A stretch of DNA of 64,000 bases from Polyangiaceae bacterium (GCA_965222375.1 CBDCTZ010000009.1:256001-320000); one strand, 5' to 3'; positions 46,801-57,460 are shown, numbered from the stretch's first letter. The notes: a model not told the origin generated them from the sequence alone. A program made the numbers and translations.

Positions 46801-47742
46801 TCAATTCACGGCAAGGAATGTCAAGAATCCGCAGTAAGTGGCGGCGAGAATTCCGCCTTCCACGCGCGTGACTCTGCGCTCGCGTCGCATCACGAAGATG
46901 GAAAACGCCGTCAAGCCGAGCATCACCGTCAGGTCGAAAGCCCCCGCGGAAAGCGAGCCAGCAATCGGCGCAATCGAGCTGGTCACGCCAAGGATCAGCA
47001 GCACGTTGAAGATGTTCGAGCCGACGACGTTACCCACCGCAATCTCGGAGTGGCCGCGTAGAGCAGCGACCACGGAAGCTGCCAGCTCCGGCAACGAGGT
47101 TCCAATCGCAACGACCGTGAGTCCCACGGTTTTTTCACTCATTCCGAAGTGGGTTGCCAGCCCCACGGCGCCGCGTACGAACACGTTGCCGCCAACCAGC
47201 AGCACCCCGAGCCCGACGAGGGAAAGTCCAAACAACCCGGCCCGCCGCCCCAGCGAAACCGTTTCGGGCTCTTGCTGCTTGACCGCGCTGGTTCCAACTC
47301 GTGCCCAGCGAAAGGTCATGTAGCTGAAGGCCAATGCGGCCAAAACCAACAAGCCGCCCTCGACTCGGGAGATGGACCCGCCAATCAGGACGGCCGGTAC
47401 TGCGGCGGCGGTGAGCATCAAGACTGGAAGCTCGCGTCGAATCAGCCGCCCTTCGACCCTTGGCGGCGCGATCAGCGCCGTCACGCCCAAGATGAGCGCG
47501 ATGTTGGCAATGTTGGAGCCGATGACATTGCCGAGGGCGATATCCGGATTGCCGCCGCGAGCGGCGACAATGCTGACGGCGAGTTCCGGCGCACTCGTGC
47601 CGTAGCTGACGATGGTGAGGCCTACCACCAGGGGGCTGACGCCGAAGGCGCGGGCCAGCCCCGCCGCGCCACGCACGAGCCATTCGGCGCCAAAATAGAG
47701 CGCGACCACGCCAAGCGCCAGAAAGCCAAAGTCGACAGCCAC
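46801..47742 (-). CDS. Calcium/sodium antiporter (YrbG/CaCA family)
   Basis: Two alpha repeats: GTSAPE...GNVIGSN and GTSLPE...GNVVGSN. Confidence 0.95.
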   Translation of the reverse strand: MAVDFGFLALGVVALYFGAEWLVRGAAGLARAFGVSPLVVGLTIVSYGTSAPELAVSIVAARGGNPDIALGNVIGSNIANIALILGVTALIAPPRVEGRLIRRELPVLMLTAAAVPAVLIGGSISRVEGGLLVLAALAFSYMTFRWARVGTSAVKQQEPETVSLGRRAGLFGLSLVGLGVLLVGGNVFVRGAVGLATHFGMSEKTVGLTVVAIGTSLPELAASVVAALRGHSEIAVGNVVGSNIFNVLLILGVTSSIAPIAGSLSAGAFDLTVMLGLTAFSIFVMRRERRVTRVEGGILAATYCGFLTFLAVN

Positions 47743-47844
47743 AGCCTTTCATATCCTGTATGGCGCGCGGGTGGGGAAGCCAAGTCCAGCGCGGTGTTTT
47801 GCCCCGGTGCTCTCCTCGCGCGGTTTCAGATACGCTCTGCCCCC

Positions 47845-49119
47845 GTGCCGAAGTTGAAGCTCCACTGGCAGATCCTGGTCGCCCTCGTCCTTGCGGTCGT
47901 TTCGGGGCTGCTCCTGCCCGCAGATTTGAGTTTGTTCGGCGCTAGCCTGGTGGCGATCTGTGACTTCTTCGGCACGCTGTTCTTGCGCGCTCTCAAGATG
48001 CTGGTCGTGCCCCTGATCGTGTCGTCGATCATTGCGGCCGTGGCCGGGATGGGCGGCGGCGCGAAGCTGGGGCGCATGGGCCTCAAGACCGTGGGCTACT
48101 ACGCGCTGACTTCGCTACTGGCCATCATTGCTGGGCTGATGCTCGTCGCAGCTATCGAGCCTGGCATCGTCGATGGGCAGCCGGCGAAAGATCGTATTGG
48201 TCTCTCCGCGGACACAGCCGAAGTTTCGAAGAAGGTCGCGGGTCGTTCTCAGAAGGATGTGGTCGGCGTGTTCCTGCGCCTGGTACCTGAGAACGTTTTC
48301 AAGGATGCCGCGGAGGGCCAGATGCTCGGTCTGATCTTCTTCGCGCTCCTATTCGGCTTCATGCTCACCAAGATCCCGGAGCGACATGGCAGCGTGCTGA
48401 TGTCTTTCTGGAACGCGGTCTATGAAGTCATGCTGCTGATGACGGACTGGGTGATGCGATTCGCGCCCGCCGGCGTGTTCTTCTTGGTGGCCAAGGTCGT
48501 GCTCACGACCGGCTTTGGCGCACTGCGCCCGCTGTTGACCTTTGCCCTGGTGGTGCTGGCTGCTCTCGCGGTTCACACATTCATTTCACTGCCGCTGCTG
48601 CTGCGCGTGCTTGGCCGCGTGAACCCCATCGCCCACATGAAGGCCGTCGCTCCCGCCATGCTGATGGCGTTTTCAACGGCGTCGTCGTCGGCGACCCTGC
48701 CTCTGACCTTGGATTGCGTGGAGCGTCGAGCCGGCGTGTCGAAGCGGGTGTCCTCCTTTACGCTGCCTCTGGGAGCGACCGTGAACATGGACGGCACGGC
48801 GCTCTACGAATGCGTCGCCGCGATGTTCATCGCCCAGGCCTACGGCCTGACTCTGAGCTTCGGGCAGATGCTCACCATCGTCGTCGTAGCGCTGCTGACC
48901 TCGATCGGCGTCGCGGGGATCCCGGCGGCGAGCCTGGTTGCCATCACGCTCATCCTCACGACCATCGGTTTGCCTCTCGAGGCCGTGGGCTTGATCTTGG
49001 CAGTGGACCGCATTCTCGACATGTGCCGCACTGCTGTGAACGTACTCGGCGATACCACCGCGGCAGTCGTGATCGGGCGGAGTGAGGGTGAGACAGACAT
49101 CCTCGCGACGAGTGGGTGA
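47845..49119 (+). CDS. Dicarboxylate/amino acid:cation symporter (DAACS, GltP-like)
   Basis: FLRALKMLVVPL, AFSTASSSATLP, GATVNMDGTALY and DRILDMCRTAVNV. Start reset to GTG 47845. Confidence 0.96.
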   Translation: MPKLKLHWQILVALVLAVVSGLLLPADLSLFGASLVAICDFFGTLFLRALKMLVVPLIVSSIIAAVAGMGGGAKLGRMGLKTVGYYALTSLLAIIAGLMLVAAIEPGIVDGQPAKDRIGLSADTAEVSKKVAGRSQKDVVGVFLRLVPENVFKDAAEGQMLGLIFFALLFGFMLTKIPERHGSVLMSFWNAVYEVMLLMTDWVMRFAPAGVFFLVAKVVLTTGFGALRPLLTFALVVLAALAVHTFISLPLLLRVLGRVNPIAHMKAVAPAMLMAFSTASSSATLPLTLDCVERRAGVSKRVSSFTLPLGATVNMDGTALYECVAAMFIAQAYGLTLSFGQMLTIVVVALLTSIGVAGIPAASLVAITLILTTIGLPLEAVGLILAVDRILDMCRTAVNVLGDTTAAVVIGRSEGETDILATSG

Positions 49120-49123
49120 GCAA

Positions 49124-50284
49124 GTGTCACTGGCGCGCTGGTCCCAGGCTGTATTCCGTCGCAGGCGAGAGCAATTCGTCGCTGGTCATCGGCTCACTCT
49201 GCTGCGCGATGGCAGCGAAACGTTTCCCGCGATGCTCTCTGCCATCGCGAAGGCCAAGCGCCAAGTGCTCTTGGAAATGTACTGGTTCGGATCGGATCGC
49301 ATTGGGCGACGCTTTGCAGCGGCCCTCAGCGGCGCGCGTCGCCGAGGGGTGGAAGTCCTCGTGATCTACGACGCGATTGGCTCGCTGGAGACGGATCGAG
49401 ACCAATTCGAGCGGCTGATGGACGTCGGCGTTCGCGTTCACGAATTCAATCCGGTCATGCCCTGGCGCACGCGGTTTCGCGTAGACGCCCTGTCTCAACG
49501 TGACCATCGCAAGATCCTCGTCGTCGATGCTGAAGTCGGTTTCACCGGCGGTATCAACCTGGCGGACCCCTGGCTCCCGGTCTCCGAAGGAGGTAGCGGG
49601 TTCCGGGACGACATGGTGCGGGTGCAAGGTCCTGCGGTTCGAGGCCTGATAGACTGTTTTCGACGCACGTGGACCGCTGTGAGCGAGCGGCCCTTGGCAG
49701 AAATTGCCCCGCATGCCCCTCAGAAGAGCCTGGGCAACCAACGCGTACGCGTGTTGGGCGAGGCCTACCATCGCAATCGTCGCGAAATCGTGAGGGCGTA
49801 CGTGCGCCACATGCACCGCGCGAAGCGAAGCGTGTGGCTGGCGAATAGCTACTTCGTACCGGATCGGGTTATTCAGCGAGCTCTTATCCGCGCCTCGCGA
49901 AGGGGGGTGGATGTGCGCGTGCTCGTGCCCGGGTTGAGCGACGTGCCAATCGTGCGAATGGCCAGCCGGGCGATGTACCCCAAGCTGATGAGGGCGGGGG
50001 TGCGCATATTCGAGCTTCAACAGAACGTCCTTCACTCCAAGACGGCTGTGGTCGACGGTAGCTGGAGCACGATTGGCACTTTCAACATGGACTACCGTTC
50101 CCTCAAGTCCAACCTGGAAGTCAATCTGGCCGTGGACGACCATCGCTTTGGCGCGATCATGGAGCAGTCGTTTCTCGCGGACCTGGAAGACAGTACCGAA
50201 ATGACCATGGAGGAGTTCGAGCGTCGGTCCTTCTCGGAAAAGGCATTGGAAAACTTCGCCTACCGACTGCGAAAACTATGGTGA
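49124..50284 (+). CDS. Cardiolipin synthase (ClsB-like, phospholipase D family)
   Basis: Two HKD motifs (DHRKILVVD, LHSKTAVVD), NSYFVP and RGVDVRVL. No N-terminal TM hairpin. Confidence 0.9.
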   Translation: MSLARWSQAVFRRRREQFVAGHRLTLLRDGSETFPAMLSAIAKAKRQVLLEMYWFGSDRIGRRFAAALSGARRRGVEVLVIYDAIGSLETDRDQFERLMDVGVRVHEFNPVMPWRTRFRVDALSQRDHRKILVVDAEVGFTGGINLADPWLPVSEGGSGFRDDMVRVQGPAVRGLIDCFRRTWTAVSERPLAEIAPHAPQKSLGNQRVRVLGEAYHRNRREIVRAYVRHMHRAKRSVWLANSYFVPDRVIQRALIRASRRGVDVRVLVPGLSDVPIVRMASRAMYPKLMRAGVRIFELQQNVLHSKTAVVDGSWSTIGTFNMDYRSLKSNLEVNLAVDDHRFGAIMEQSFLADLEDSTEMTMEEFERRSFSEKALENFAYRLRKLW

Positions 50285-50342
50285 TCGATTCCCTATCCCT
50301 GCCCCTTGCTGATCGGGGCCCAAGACATGGGGCTCTCGTGCC

Positions 50343-51485
50343 ATGATCGAGTTGCGCACCCACACGGCTATCGATGAGATCGGTCTCGAAGTGTGGAATG
50401 GCTTGCTGGGCGCTGATGACGCACCTTTCTTGCGCTACGAGTTCCTCCACGCCCTGGAGGAAACGGGCGCGGTTCGACCGGAACGCGGCTGGGCGCCCAT
50501 GCACTTGGGCTTCTACTCCGAAGATTGCCTGGTAGGCGGCGCCCCGGCCTACGTGAAAGGCAACAGCCAAGGCGAGTTTGTTTTCGATCACGGCATTGCG
50601 GAGTTCTCCGAACACCGCCTTGGCGTTCCCTACTACCCGAAGCTCATTGTTGCCGCGCCATTCACGCCAGCAACGGGGGAGCGGTTGCTGTGCGCCGATG
50701 AGGCGCGGCGGCCCGAGTTGACCCAGGCGCTTGCCGTCGGGGTGGCCAAGCTCGTCGAAAGCTTTGAACTCTCCGGCGCTCACGTTCTGTTCTCGCCTCG
50801 ACAAGAGGCGCAGGCCCTGGCGGAGGCTGGGTTGCAGCAGCGGACGGGCGTGCAGTACCACTGGCAGAATCATGGCTACGCCTGTTTCGACGACTACCTG
50901 GGCCGCTTCACGGCCAAGCGTCGCCATCAACTCAAGCGAGAGCGCCGAGCCCTCGCGGTTCAAGGGACGCTGCTCGAAACGCGAACCGGGCGGGACTTGG
51001 ACGCGCCGCTGATCGATCACGTTTTCGAGTGCTATCGAAGCACCGTCGAACGCTACTATTGGGGGCGCCAATACCTCAGCCGAGACTTCTTTCACGCAGT
51101 CACCGCCGCCATGCCGGACCATGTGCTCGCGGTCATCGCGCGCGACGAGGGCTCCAAGAAACCCGTCGCCGCCGCCTTCAATCTACTCGGCGCCCGGGCG
51201 CTCTTCGGCCGATATTGGGGCGCCTTGGACGAGCGGGACTGCCTTCACTTCAACGTTTGCTACTACCAGGGCATCGAAGAGGCCATTACGCGGGGCCTCG
51301 AGCGCTTCGAGCCTGGGGCCGGAGGCGAACACAAACGAGCGCGCGGCTTCGAGCCCGTGCGCACCTACAGCACGCATCTCTTCTCAGATGGACGCCTCGA
51401 GGCGGTCGCGCTGGACTTCTTCAAGCGCGAGGCGGAGGCCATCGGCGAGAGCTTGGAGGGTCACGCGCCTGTCGTGCGCCGCTAG
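50343..51485 (+). CDS. GNAT/FemAB-like family protein (DUF482)
   Basis: PFLRYEFLHALE, SQGEFVFD, YYPKL...PFTPATG, FGRYWG, LHFNVCYYQGIE and GAGGEHK..RGF. Confidence 0.92.
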   Translation: MIELRTHTAIDEIGLEVWNGLLGADDAPFLRYEFLHALEETGAVRPERGWAPMHLGFYSEDCLVGGAPAYVKGNSQGEFVFDHGIAEFSEHRLGVPYYPKLIVAAPFTPATGERLLCADEARRPELTQALAVGVAKLVESFELSGAHVLFSPRQEAQALAEAGLQQRTGVQYHWQNHGYACFDDYLGRFTAKRRHQLKRERRALAVQGTLLETRTGRDLDAPLIDHVFECYRSTVERYYWGRQYLSRDFFHAVTAAMPDHVLAVIARDEGSKKPVAAAFNLLGARALFGRYWGALDERDCLHFNVCYYQGIEEAITRGLERFEPGAGGEHKRARGFEPVRTYSTHLFSDGRLEAVALDFFKREAEAIGESLEGHAPVVRR

Positions 51486-51489
51486 CAGT

Positions 51490-52188
51490 TCAGGGAGTAG
51501 AAAGCGGAGAAGCCCAAATCAAATGCCAGGCGAGTTGAATTGCGATGGTCGTCTCGGAGTCGGCGCCGGGTTCCGAGCCCAGGCGCCGCTCCACGCGCAT
51601 CCGGATCCAGGGACCTGCGGCCGAACGAAACAGCGGAACGCCCAAGCTGCCGGATAGCTCCAGGCCGCGCTTGCTGGCATCGACTTGGCGAGCCTTGGCA
51701 AAGTAGGCCCCGAGTCCGAAGGACAAGGAATCCAGGCTGAGGTCGACCCACGCGGGGCCACGTTGCATGTCGAGGGCGAGGCGCGGCAGAAACAGGGGGC
51801 GCAGATCGACGCCGACGCCGAAGCTGCGATCATGCAGGCGGTCTTCGCCGCCCACTCCCTCCCGTAGACTCACGTACACGCCGGCAGTCCAGAAGTAGTG
51901 CAGGCTGAGATCCGCGGCCGCGTAGCTCACTTGATCAAACAGCGCCACGCCCGCGTGCAGCGCGAACGTCATGTCGCCATCGAACCGTCCATAGACGCCG
52001 TCACTCAGGGGGCCTTCGTCGCGGCGCTCGAGCTGCGCGCCCAGCTTGGATGTCGTGCGAGAACCCGGAGACCAGCCGGGCTCGCCTGACTCGCCTTGCT
52101 GCGTGGCCTCGTCGGATGCCGGCTGAGCGGCTGCCCCCCGTGGCGCGCACAGGATGCTCAAGCCGAGGACCGCCGCGGCGAGTTTCAT
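51490..52188 (-). CDS. Hypothetical exported protein (beta-barrel-like)
   Basis: Signal peptide, DGVYGRFDGD and amphipathic strands. 4-nt overlap with the HD gene. Confidence 0.7.
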   Translation of the reverse strand: MKLAAAVLGLSILCAPRGAAAQPASDEATQQGESGEPGWSPGSRTTSKLGAQLERRDEGPLSDGVYGRFDGDMTFALHAGVALFDQVSYAAADLSLHYFWTAGVYVSLREGVGGEDRLHDRSFGVGVDLRPLFLPRLALDMQRGPAWVDLSLDSLSFGLGAYFAKARQVDASKRGLELSGSLGVPLFRSAAGPWIRMRVERRLGSEPGADSETTIAIQLAWHLIWASPLSTP

Positions 52189-53483
52189 GCGACGTCTTTC
52201 AGGGCTCGCTCAATCTCATCACGCAGCTCTGGCGCAAATATCAAGCGCACCCGCTCCACGCGCTGTGCCTGCAGGCGGCCGAGCAGATAGGACACATCCG
52301 CCGGTTTCTTCTCGACGCCACCCGGAAAGATCACGCTGAGGGATGCGCCTTGATCGTCGAAGGGCAAATCCGAGGCGCAATCGAGGCCGACGTAGGTTTC
52401 GGGATCGAGCCCGGCCCCGTTGGCGATCTCTCTGGCCCGGGAGAGCACTTCGTAGCGGGTCTCGGGTTTCTGCGAGTCCCCGTACAGCTCGTAGGTCTTG
52501 AACAGCTTGCGGGCGACCAATCGCGACGACAGATCGGCCAGCACGGAATCCTTTGTCCGCCGAAAACCCGATAGGGCCGTCCACAGCACCGTGTCGTCCA
52601 GGGCCAGGTAATCGCCCAGGCCGGTGTCGGCGGTCGTGGCCAGGGAGAGCACCGCGGGAGGAACTCCGGGTACGCGACTGCCATCCAGTGCTAGCTCCCG
52701 CACACGCCCCAAGATGCGTGCGAGCATCCACTCACTCGCGCGGCTTGCCTTGTGGAAATACACCTGCTGAAACATGAACAGGCGCGCCAGGATGAAAGAC
52801 TCGATGGCGGGCAGCCCCTTGGCTCCGTCAACTGCCAACGGCGGCGCCTGCCCTTCGGCTTTGGGCACGCCCAATCGAAAGCTGCGCAAGAGCCAGTCCA
52901 GATCAAAACTGCCGTAGCCCACGCCGGTGAAGTAAGCATCTCGCAGCAGGTAGTCGCAGCGATCCACGTCGAAGGTGCCGCTGACCGCGCGGGCCAAGAA
53001 GGTCAGCTCATGATGCCCGTGCACCAGCTCTGCCACGCGTTGGGGTAACGAGGAGTCGTAGCGCGCGAGCACACGATGCACCTCTGTGGACTCGTCGAGA
53101 AGCACTCGGCTCGTCCAGGCTTCGTGGCGAGGGCACTCGGGAAGCGCCTCTTCGAACAGATGCGAAAATGGTCCATGTCCCACGTCGTGCAGTAGGGAAG
53201 CGGCGAGCGCGTCCCGGGCCCGCTCCGTGGTCAGACGCTGCCAGAAGGGGAGGTCTTGATGCAGTTCGCGCATGCGCGCGATGAAACGGGTCATCACGAA
53301 GGCGGCGCCAACGGCGTGGGAGAAGCGCGTGTGGTCCGCGCCCGGGTAGGCCAGGCTCGTCAATCCGAGTTGGCGAATGTGCCTAAGGCGCTGCACCTCC
53401 CGCGCCTCGAGCAACTCCACCAAGATGGATTGTTCGTCCGTCTCGAAGGAGACCAGGCCGTGCACGGGGTCGCGAAGAATCAC
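52185..53483 (-). CDS. HD-domain phosphohydrolase, SAMHD1/YwfO-like (putative dNTP triphosphohydrolase)
   Basis: RDPVHG, QRLRHIRQLG, HTRFSH, LLHDVGHGPFSH, DVDRCDYLLRD and VYFHK. Confidence 0.92.
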   Translation of the reverse strand: MILRDPVHGLVSFETDEQSILVELLEAREVQRLRHIRQLGLTSLAYPGADHTRFSHAVGAAFVMTRFIARMRELHQDLPFWQRLTTERARDALAASLLHDVGHGPFSHLFEEALPECPRHEAWTSRVLLDESTEVHRVLARYDSSLPQRVAELVHGHHELTFLARAVSGTFDVDRCDYLLRDAYFTGVGYGSFDLDWLLRSFRLGVPKAEGQAPPLAVDGAKGLPAIESFILARLFMFQQVYFHKASRASEWMLARILGRVRELALDGSRVPGVPPAVLSLATTADTGLGDYLALDDTVLWTALSGFRRTKDSVLADLSSRLVARKLFKTYELYGDSQKPETRYEVLSRAREIANGAGLDPETYVGLDCASDLPFDDQGASLSVIFPGGVEKKPADVSYLLGRLQAQRVERVRLIFAPELRDEIERALKDVA

Positions 53484-53683
53484 CGCCAGGGGGACTTACC
53501 GCCCCCGGCTCTCGGACTAAAGCTCCGTGAGCGACCCCTGTAGGAAAAAGTAGGACAATCGCTGCGAGGCGGCAAAACCAGGCCCGCGGGCTGGGCTCGG
53601 CAGGTGCCACTGGACAGATGACAAAAAGGGCTGTTTCCTGAAAACGTACGGCCACTGTGCGTGCTGGGGGATTCCGACACACC

Positions 53684-55867
53684 ATGAGCAGCAAGAAACA
53701 AAAGAAGCGAAAGAGCCCCAAGCTCAAGGCAATCCCTCTTGGCGACGTTCTGCGCGCCCTTCCGCCTCGCGAGCTAACCAAGCTCATTCAGCGCGTCGGG
53801 ATCCAGGTCGACAAGCAGAAACGAATCGACGTACCGGCGCAGGTTGCCCGTGCGTTAGTGAATCTCCCAGAAGCCCGGGACCCCTCACGCTTGCCGGGAC
53901 CTGCCGCTGAGCTTTTCTATCGAATCGCGGAAGCCAAGGGCGTGCTGGTGGTGGACAGTCTCCCGCCGGCGGTCGCACCCCTCGTAGGCAGCGGGATCGT
54001 ATTCGCACGTGGCAGCGACGATGGTCGCGTGGAACTCATCCTGCCGATCGCGTACATGGTGCAGGTTCGGAGTTGGGAAGGGGAGGATCCGCGCGGCATG
54101 CGCGCCCTCGTGGCTCAAGCGAACCCGGAAGTGGCCGCGGCCATCGGAGCCCACTACTTGGGTCGCCCCGCAACGCCTCCCTACTCCCTCGCTTTCGAGG
54201 CCGCGTGGCAAGTTCTGAATGACCCTGACCGCCTGCGCGCGGAAATCGACGAGCTAGCACCCCTGGAGCGCAAGCTGCTGCGTGCCATCGAGAAGGTCGG
54301 CGGCGAAGTCGAGACCGAAGAACTCCTGGATTTGGAACGCGAACCCATGCGCCTGCGCGGAGCCACGGGCGCGACCCCCACGCGACGGGGTGTCGGTTTC
54401 GCGCTGGAGCGCCGCGGTTTCCTGATCCCGGTGCATCCGAATCGACACATCGTGCCTGCGGAAGTTGCACGCATCGTTGGCGCCCAGCGCCGGGCCGAGC
54501 GCGAAGCCCAGCGTCGCGAGATCCGCAGCTTCGTGCTGGAAGAAGATCACGCGCCTCGGCGCGCCACCTTCGCGGCCGACCCCATGCCGCTGACGCTGGC
54601 CATGGCGCTAGCCGCCCGAGAGTCCTCCGTCGATGTGAAGCCAGGGATCGGCACGCCGCGATCCTTGATCGGAAAGCTCTCCACGCGCTTCGGGGCCGAC
54701 GCCGACGCCGTGGCCCTGCTTGCGGCACTGTCGCGCGCCGTCGGGCTCTGGGATGCGTCTGCGGTCAACACGGCGTCGCCCCCAGGCAATGCGGAGGCGG
54801 GAGCCCTGACTCGACTTCTCTTCGATGCCTGGCGCCGAGGCGGGGCATGGGATGACGCTCGCCCGGATGGGGAAGTGCTGCGGGTGGCCACCGAGGTGCG
54901 CGAGGCTAGTGCCGTCGGAGTGCTGCGCGAAATGGTGCTGGACGCGCTTCGCGAACTCTCCGATGGGCGTTGGGCTCCCTGGGAAGCCGTGGCTGCCTAT
55001 GTTCGGGCGGATAGCCGTACTCCGGGAGTTGGGCGACTGCTGAAACGCTGGGGGCAGCGCGCCGGTGTCGAACCCGCAGAGCCCGCGGACATCGCGCGGC
55101 GCATCTCGTTGGAAACCCTGCACCACCTGGGCATCGTGGACTTGGGCGAGCCCGAGGAAGACGGCGAGACCACGGGACCCACCTTGCGCATCACTCCACG
55201 AGGGCGCGCGCTGCTGAGTAGCGAGAGCAAACCACCGGCCGCCGTTCCAAGCACCTACGTGGACGGGCAGGTGCTGAGGGTTGGTTCGACAGCCGCCGTG
55301 GGCAACGTGCTATCGCTGGCGCCCTTCGTCGAGATTGGCGGGATCTCCGCGGGGCTCGACCTGGGCATTACCCCTCAGGCCGTCAGCCTCGCGCTGGCGG
55401 CCGGTATCGAACCGGAGTTCATCCGCGCTCGTTTGGAAGCCGTGGCGGAATTGCCAGATCCCATTTCCCGGATGCTGGCCCAAGCCGCTGCGGTCCTTGG
55501 CCGTGCCGAGTTCGTGCCGACCCAGGGCTTCCTGTGGGTGGAAGATGTCGAGCTGCGGGAGATGCTTCGAACGCGGCGCCAAACGGCGGATCTCTTCGTC
55601 GAGCCGTCGCCACCATCCGGCCTGCTGATCAACCCGGGCGTGGATGTCGAAAAGCTCGCTCGCCGCTGCCGATCCCTGGGCGTGGAGGTCGTGGTCGACG
55701 GCGAAGTGTACCGGACGCAGAGCATGACTCCGCCACCTCGTGGCAGCGGCATGCGGCGAGTCGGCAGCTCTTCTTCGACTCGCGCAGCGTCCAAGTCCTC
55801 GGGCTCCAGGCGCAAGCGCTCTTCCGTCAAGATGCCAGCCCTCAAGCGCGGCGGCGGCAGTTCCTGA
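53684..55867 (+). CDS. Helicase-associated-domain protein (XPB-associated Helicase_C_3-like C-terminus; no helicase motifs)
   Basis: Winged-helix-like segments (LHHLGIVD...LRITPRGRALL) and ITPQAVSLALAAG..PEFI...L...LPDPI..ML. Basic tails at both ends. Start ATG 53684. Confidence 0.65.
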   Translation: MSSKKQKKRKSPKLKAIPLGDVLRALPPRELTKLIQRVGIQVDKQKRIDVPAQVARALVNLPEARDPSRLPGPAAELFYRIAEAKGVLVVDSLPPAVAPLVGSGIVFARGSDDGRVELILPIAYMVQVRSWEGEDPRGMRALVAQANPEVAAAIGAHYLGRPATPPYSLAFEAAWQVLNDPDRLRAEIDELAPLERKLLRAIEKVGGEVETEELLDLEREPMRLRGATGATPTRRGVGFALERRGFLIPVHPNRHIVPAEVARIVGAQRRAEREAQRREIRSFVLEEDHAPRRATFAADPMPLTLAMALAARESSVDVKPGIGTPRSLIGKLSTRFGADADAVALLAALSRAVGLWDASAVNTASPPGNAEAGALTRLLFDAWRRGGAWDDARPDGEVLRVATEVREASAVGVLREMVLDALRELSDGRWAPWEAVAAYVRADSRTPGVGRLLKRWGQRAGVEPAEPADIARRISLETLHHLGIVDLGEPEEDGETTGPTLRITPRGRALLSSESKPPAAVPSTYVDGQVLRVGSTAAVGNVLSLAPFVEIGGISAGLDLGITPQAVSLALAAGIEPEFIRARLEAVAELPDPISRMLAQAAAVLGRAEFVPTQGFLWVEDVELREMLRTRRQTADLFVEPSPPSGLLINPGVDVEKLARRCRSLGVEVVVDGEVYRTQSMTPPPRGSGMRRVGSSSSTRAASKSSGSRRKRSSVKMPALKRGGGSS

Positions 55868-56049
55868 GCGTCGGGAGAAGGCCAGGTGGCGCGGCGGTGC
55901 GGCCGAGCGCGGGGGTAGCGATCCGGGCTGACGCCAAGGTCGCGACCCGATACCCAACAAAACCGGGTGCCGAGCGCGAAAAAGGGCGGCCGCCCGCGCC
56001 GGGCGCGCGTAACTGCCCTGCGGCCCGGAGCTGTGGCATCCTGGGGCGG

Positions 56050-57450
56050 ATGCCCGAAAGGCGCGCAAAAGTCGTATGCACCGTGGGGCCCGCGGTTGCC
56101 GCTCCCGAGCGGATCGTCGAGCTGGTTCAGGCGGGCATGGACGTTGCGCGGCTGAACTTCTCCCACGGCACGCCGGAGAGCCACGCGCAGATGGCGCAAT
56201 GGGTCCGACGCGCCAGCGCGGAGACGGGGCGCACCGTGTCCGTCTTGGCGGATCTATGCGGCCCCAAGATCCGCACCGGCCTCGGCGGTCCCACGTCGGT
56301 GGAAGCTGGCGAGATGTTGACGCTTTTCAGCGGGAGCGAGTCCACGGAGACGGAGCTCGCGGTGGGCTACGACCACCTGGCGGAAGACCTGGCCGCGGGG
56401 GATCGGGTGTTGCTGGGGGACGGACACGTCGAACTCAGTGTTCAGCGAGTGGAGGGCGATCGGGTCGTCTGCAACGTCGAGCACGGCGGGTCGTTGCGTG
56501 CTCGCATGGGCGTCAATTTGCCCGCGGCTCGACTGCGGCTCGGTGCCATCACCGAGAAAGACAAGACGGATCTCGGCCATGCCTTGGAGATCGGCGTGGA
56601 CTATCTGGCGCTGTCCTTCGTGCGCTCCGAGGACGACGTGAAGGAGCTGCGCAAGCTGGCGCAAGGCTTGGGGCGGCCGACGCCGATCGTCAGCAAGATC
56701 GAGACTCCCTCGGCGGTTCAGCGCATCGAGGCCATCGTCGAAGAGAGCGACGCCGTGATGGTGGCGCGAGGTGACTTGGGAGTGGAGCTGCCACCGGAGA
56801 CAGTGCCCATCGTACAGCGGGAAATCGTCGGCGCCTGTCGCCTGCTGCGCAAGCCCGCGATCATCGCCACCGAGATGCTGCAATCCATGACCGATGCACC
56901 GCGCCCGACTCGCGCGGAGGCGAGCGACGTGGCTGGTGCCATCTATGGCGGCGTGGATGCGGTGATGCTTTCCGCGGAAACCGCCACCGGGAAGCACCCC
57001 GTGCGTTCCTGTCAGATGATGGACCGCATCATTCGCCGGGCCGAGGCTAGTCGTTTCTACGATCCGAAGGCCTCGCCACCGGGTGAGTCGACGCCCGAGG
57101 CCATCGCAAACTCGGCATGCCGGATCGCCGACGAGATCGGCGCTCGCTTGATCGTGGCCTTGACCGAAAGCGGCGCGACGGCGCGCTTGGTCTCCAAGGC
57201 TCGGCCGAGTGTGCCGGTCATCGCACTGTCGCCAGATGCCAAGACTTTGCGCCGACTGGCCATGCTCTGGGGAGTCGTGCCCAAGACCCTCGAGGTTGCG
57301 TCGGACTTGGAAGTCTTGATTCGAAACGTGAAGCGATTGCTCCGGGACGACAACCGGATTGACCGGGGCGAGCGTTTCGTCTTGGTCTGCGGCGCACCCG
57401 TGGGTGGTCGCGGATCCACGAACACCGTTCGCGTGGAGATGCTTGCGTGA
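56050..57450 (+). CDS. pyk: Pyruvate kinase
   Basis: KVVCTVGP, ARLNFSHG, DLCGPKIR, SKIE, DAVMVARGDLGVE, ATEML.SM...PTRAE and DAVMLSAETA.G. Start reset to ATG 56050. Confidence 0.97.
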   Translation: MPERRAKVVCTVGPAVAAPERIVELVQAGMDVARLNFSHGTPESHAQMAQWVRRASAETGRTVSVLADLCGPKIRTGLGGPTSVEAGEMLTLFSGSESTETELAVGYDHLAEDLAAGDRVLLGDGHVELSVQRVEGDRVVCNVEHGGSLRARMGVNLPAARLRLGAITEKDKTDLGHALEIGVDYLALSFVRSEDDVKELRKLAQGLGRPTPIVSKIETPSAVQRIEAIVEESDAVMVARGDLGVELPPETVPIVQREIVGACRLLRKPAIIATEMLQSMTDAPRPTRAEASDVAGAIYGGVDAVMLSAETATGKHPVRSCQMMDRIIRRAEASRFYDPKASPPGESTPEAIANSACRIADEIGARLIVALTESGATARLVSKARPSVPVIALSPDAKTLRRLAMLWGVVPKTLEVASDLEVLIRNVKRLLRDDNRIDRGERFVLVCGAPVGGRGSTNTVRVEMLA

Positions 57451-57460
57451 GGGCCTCGTC

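Noticed and set aside
47149..47844. N-terminal extensions of ORF-track calls (DAACS 47149, pyk 55534, coiled-coil 22251, Cys-rich 30987, DedA 37387) as possible fusions
   Set aside because: The extensions overlap neighbouring genes and lack family motifs; downstream starts give canonical proteins.
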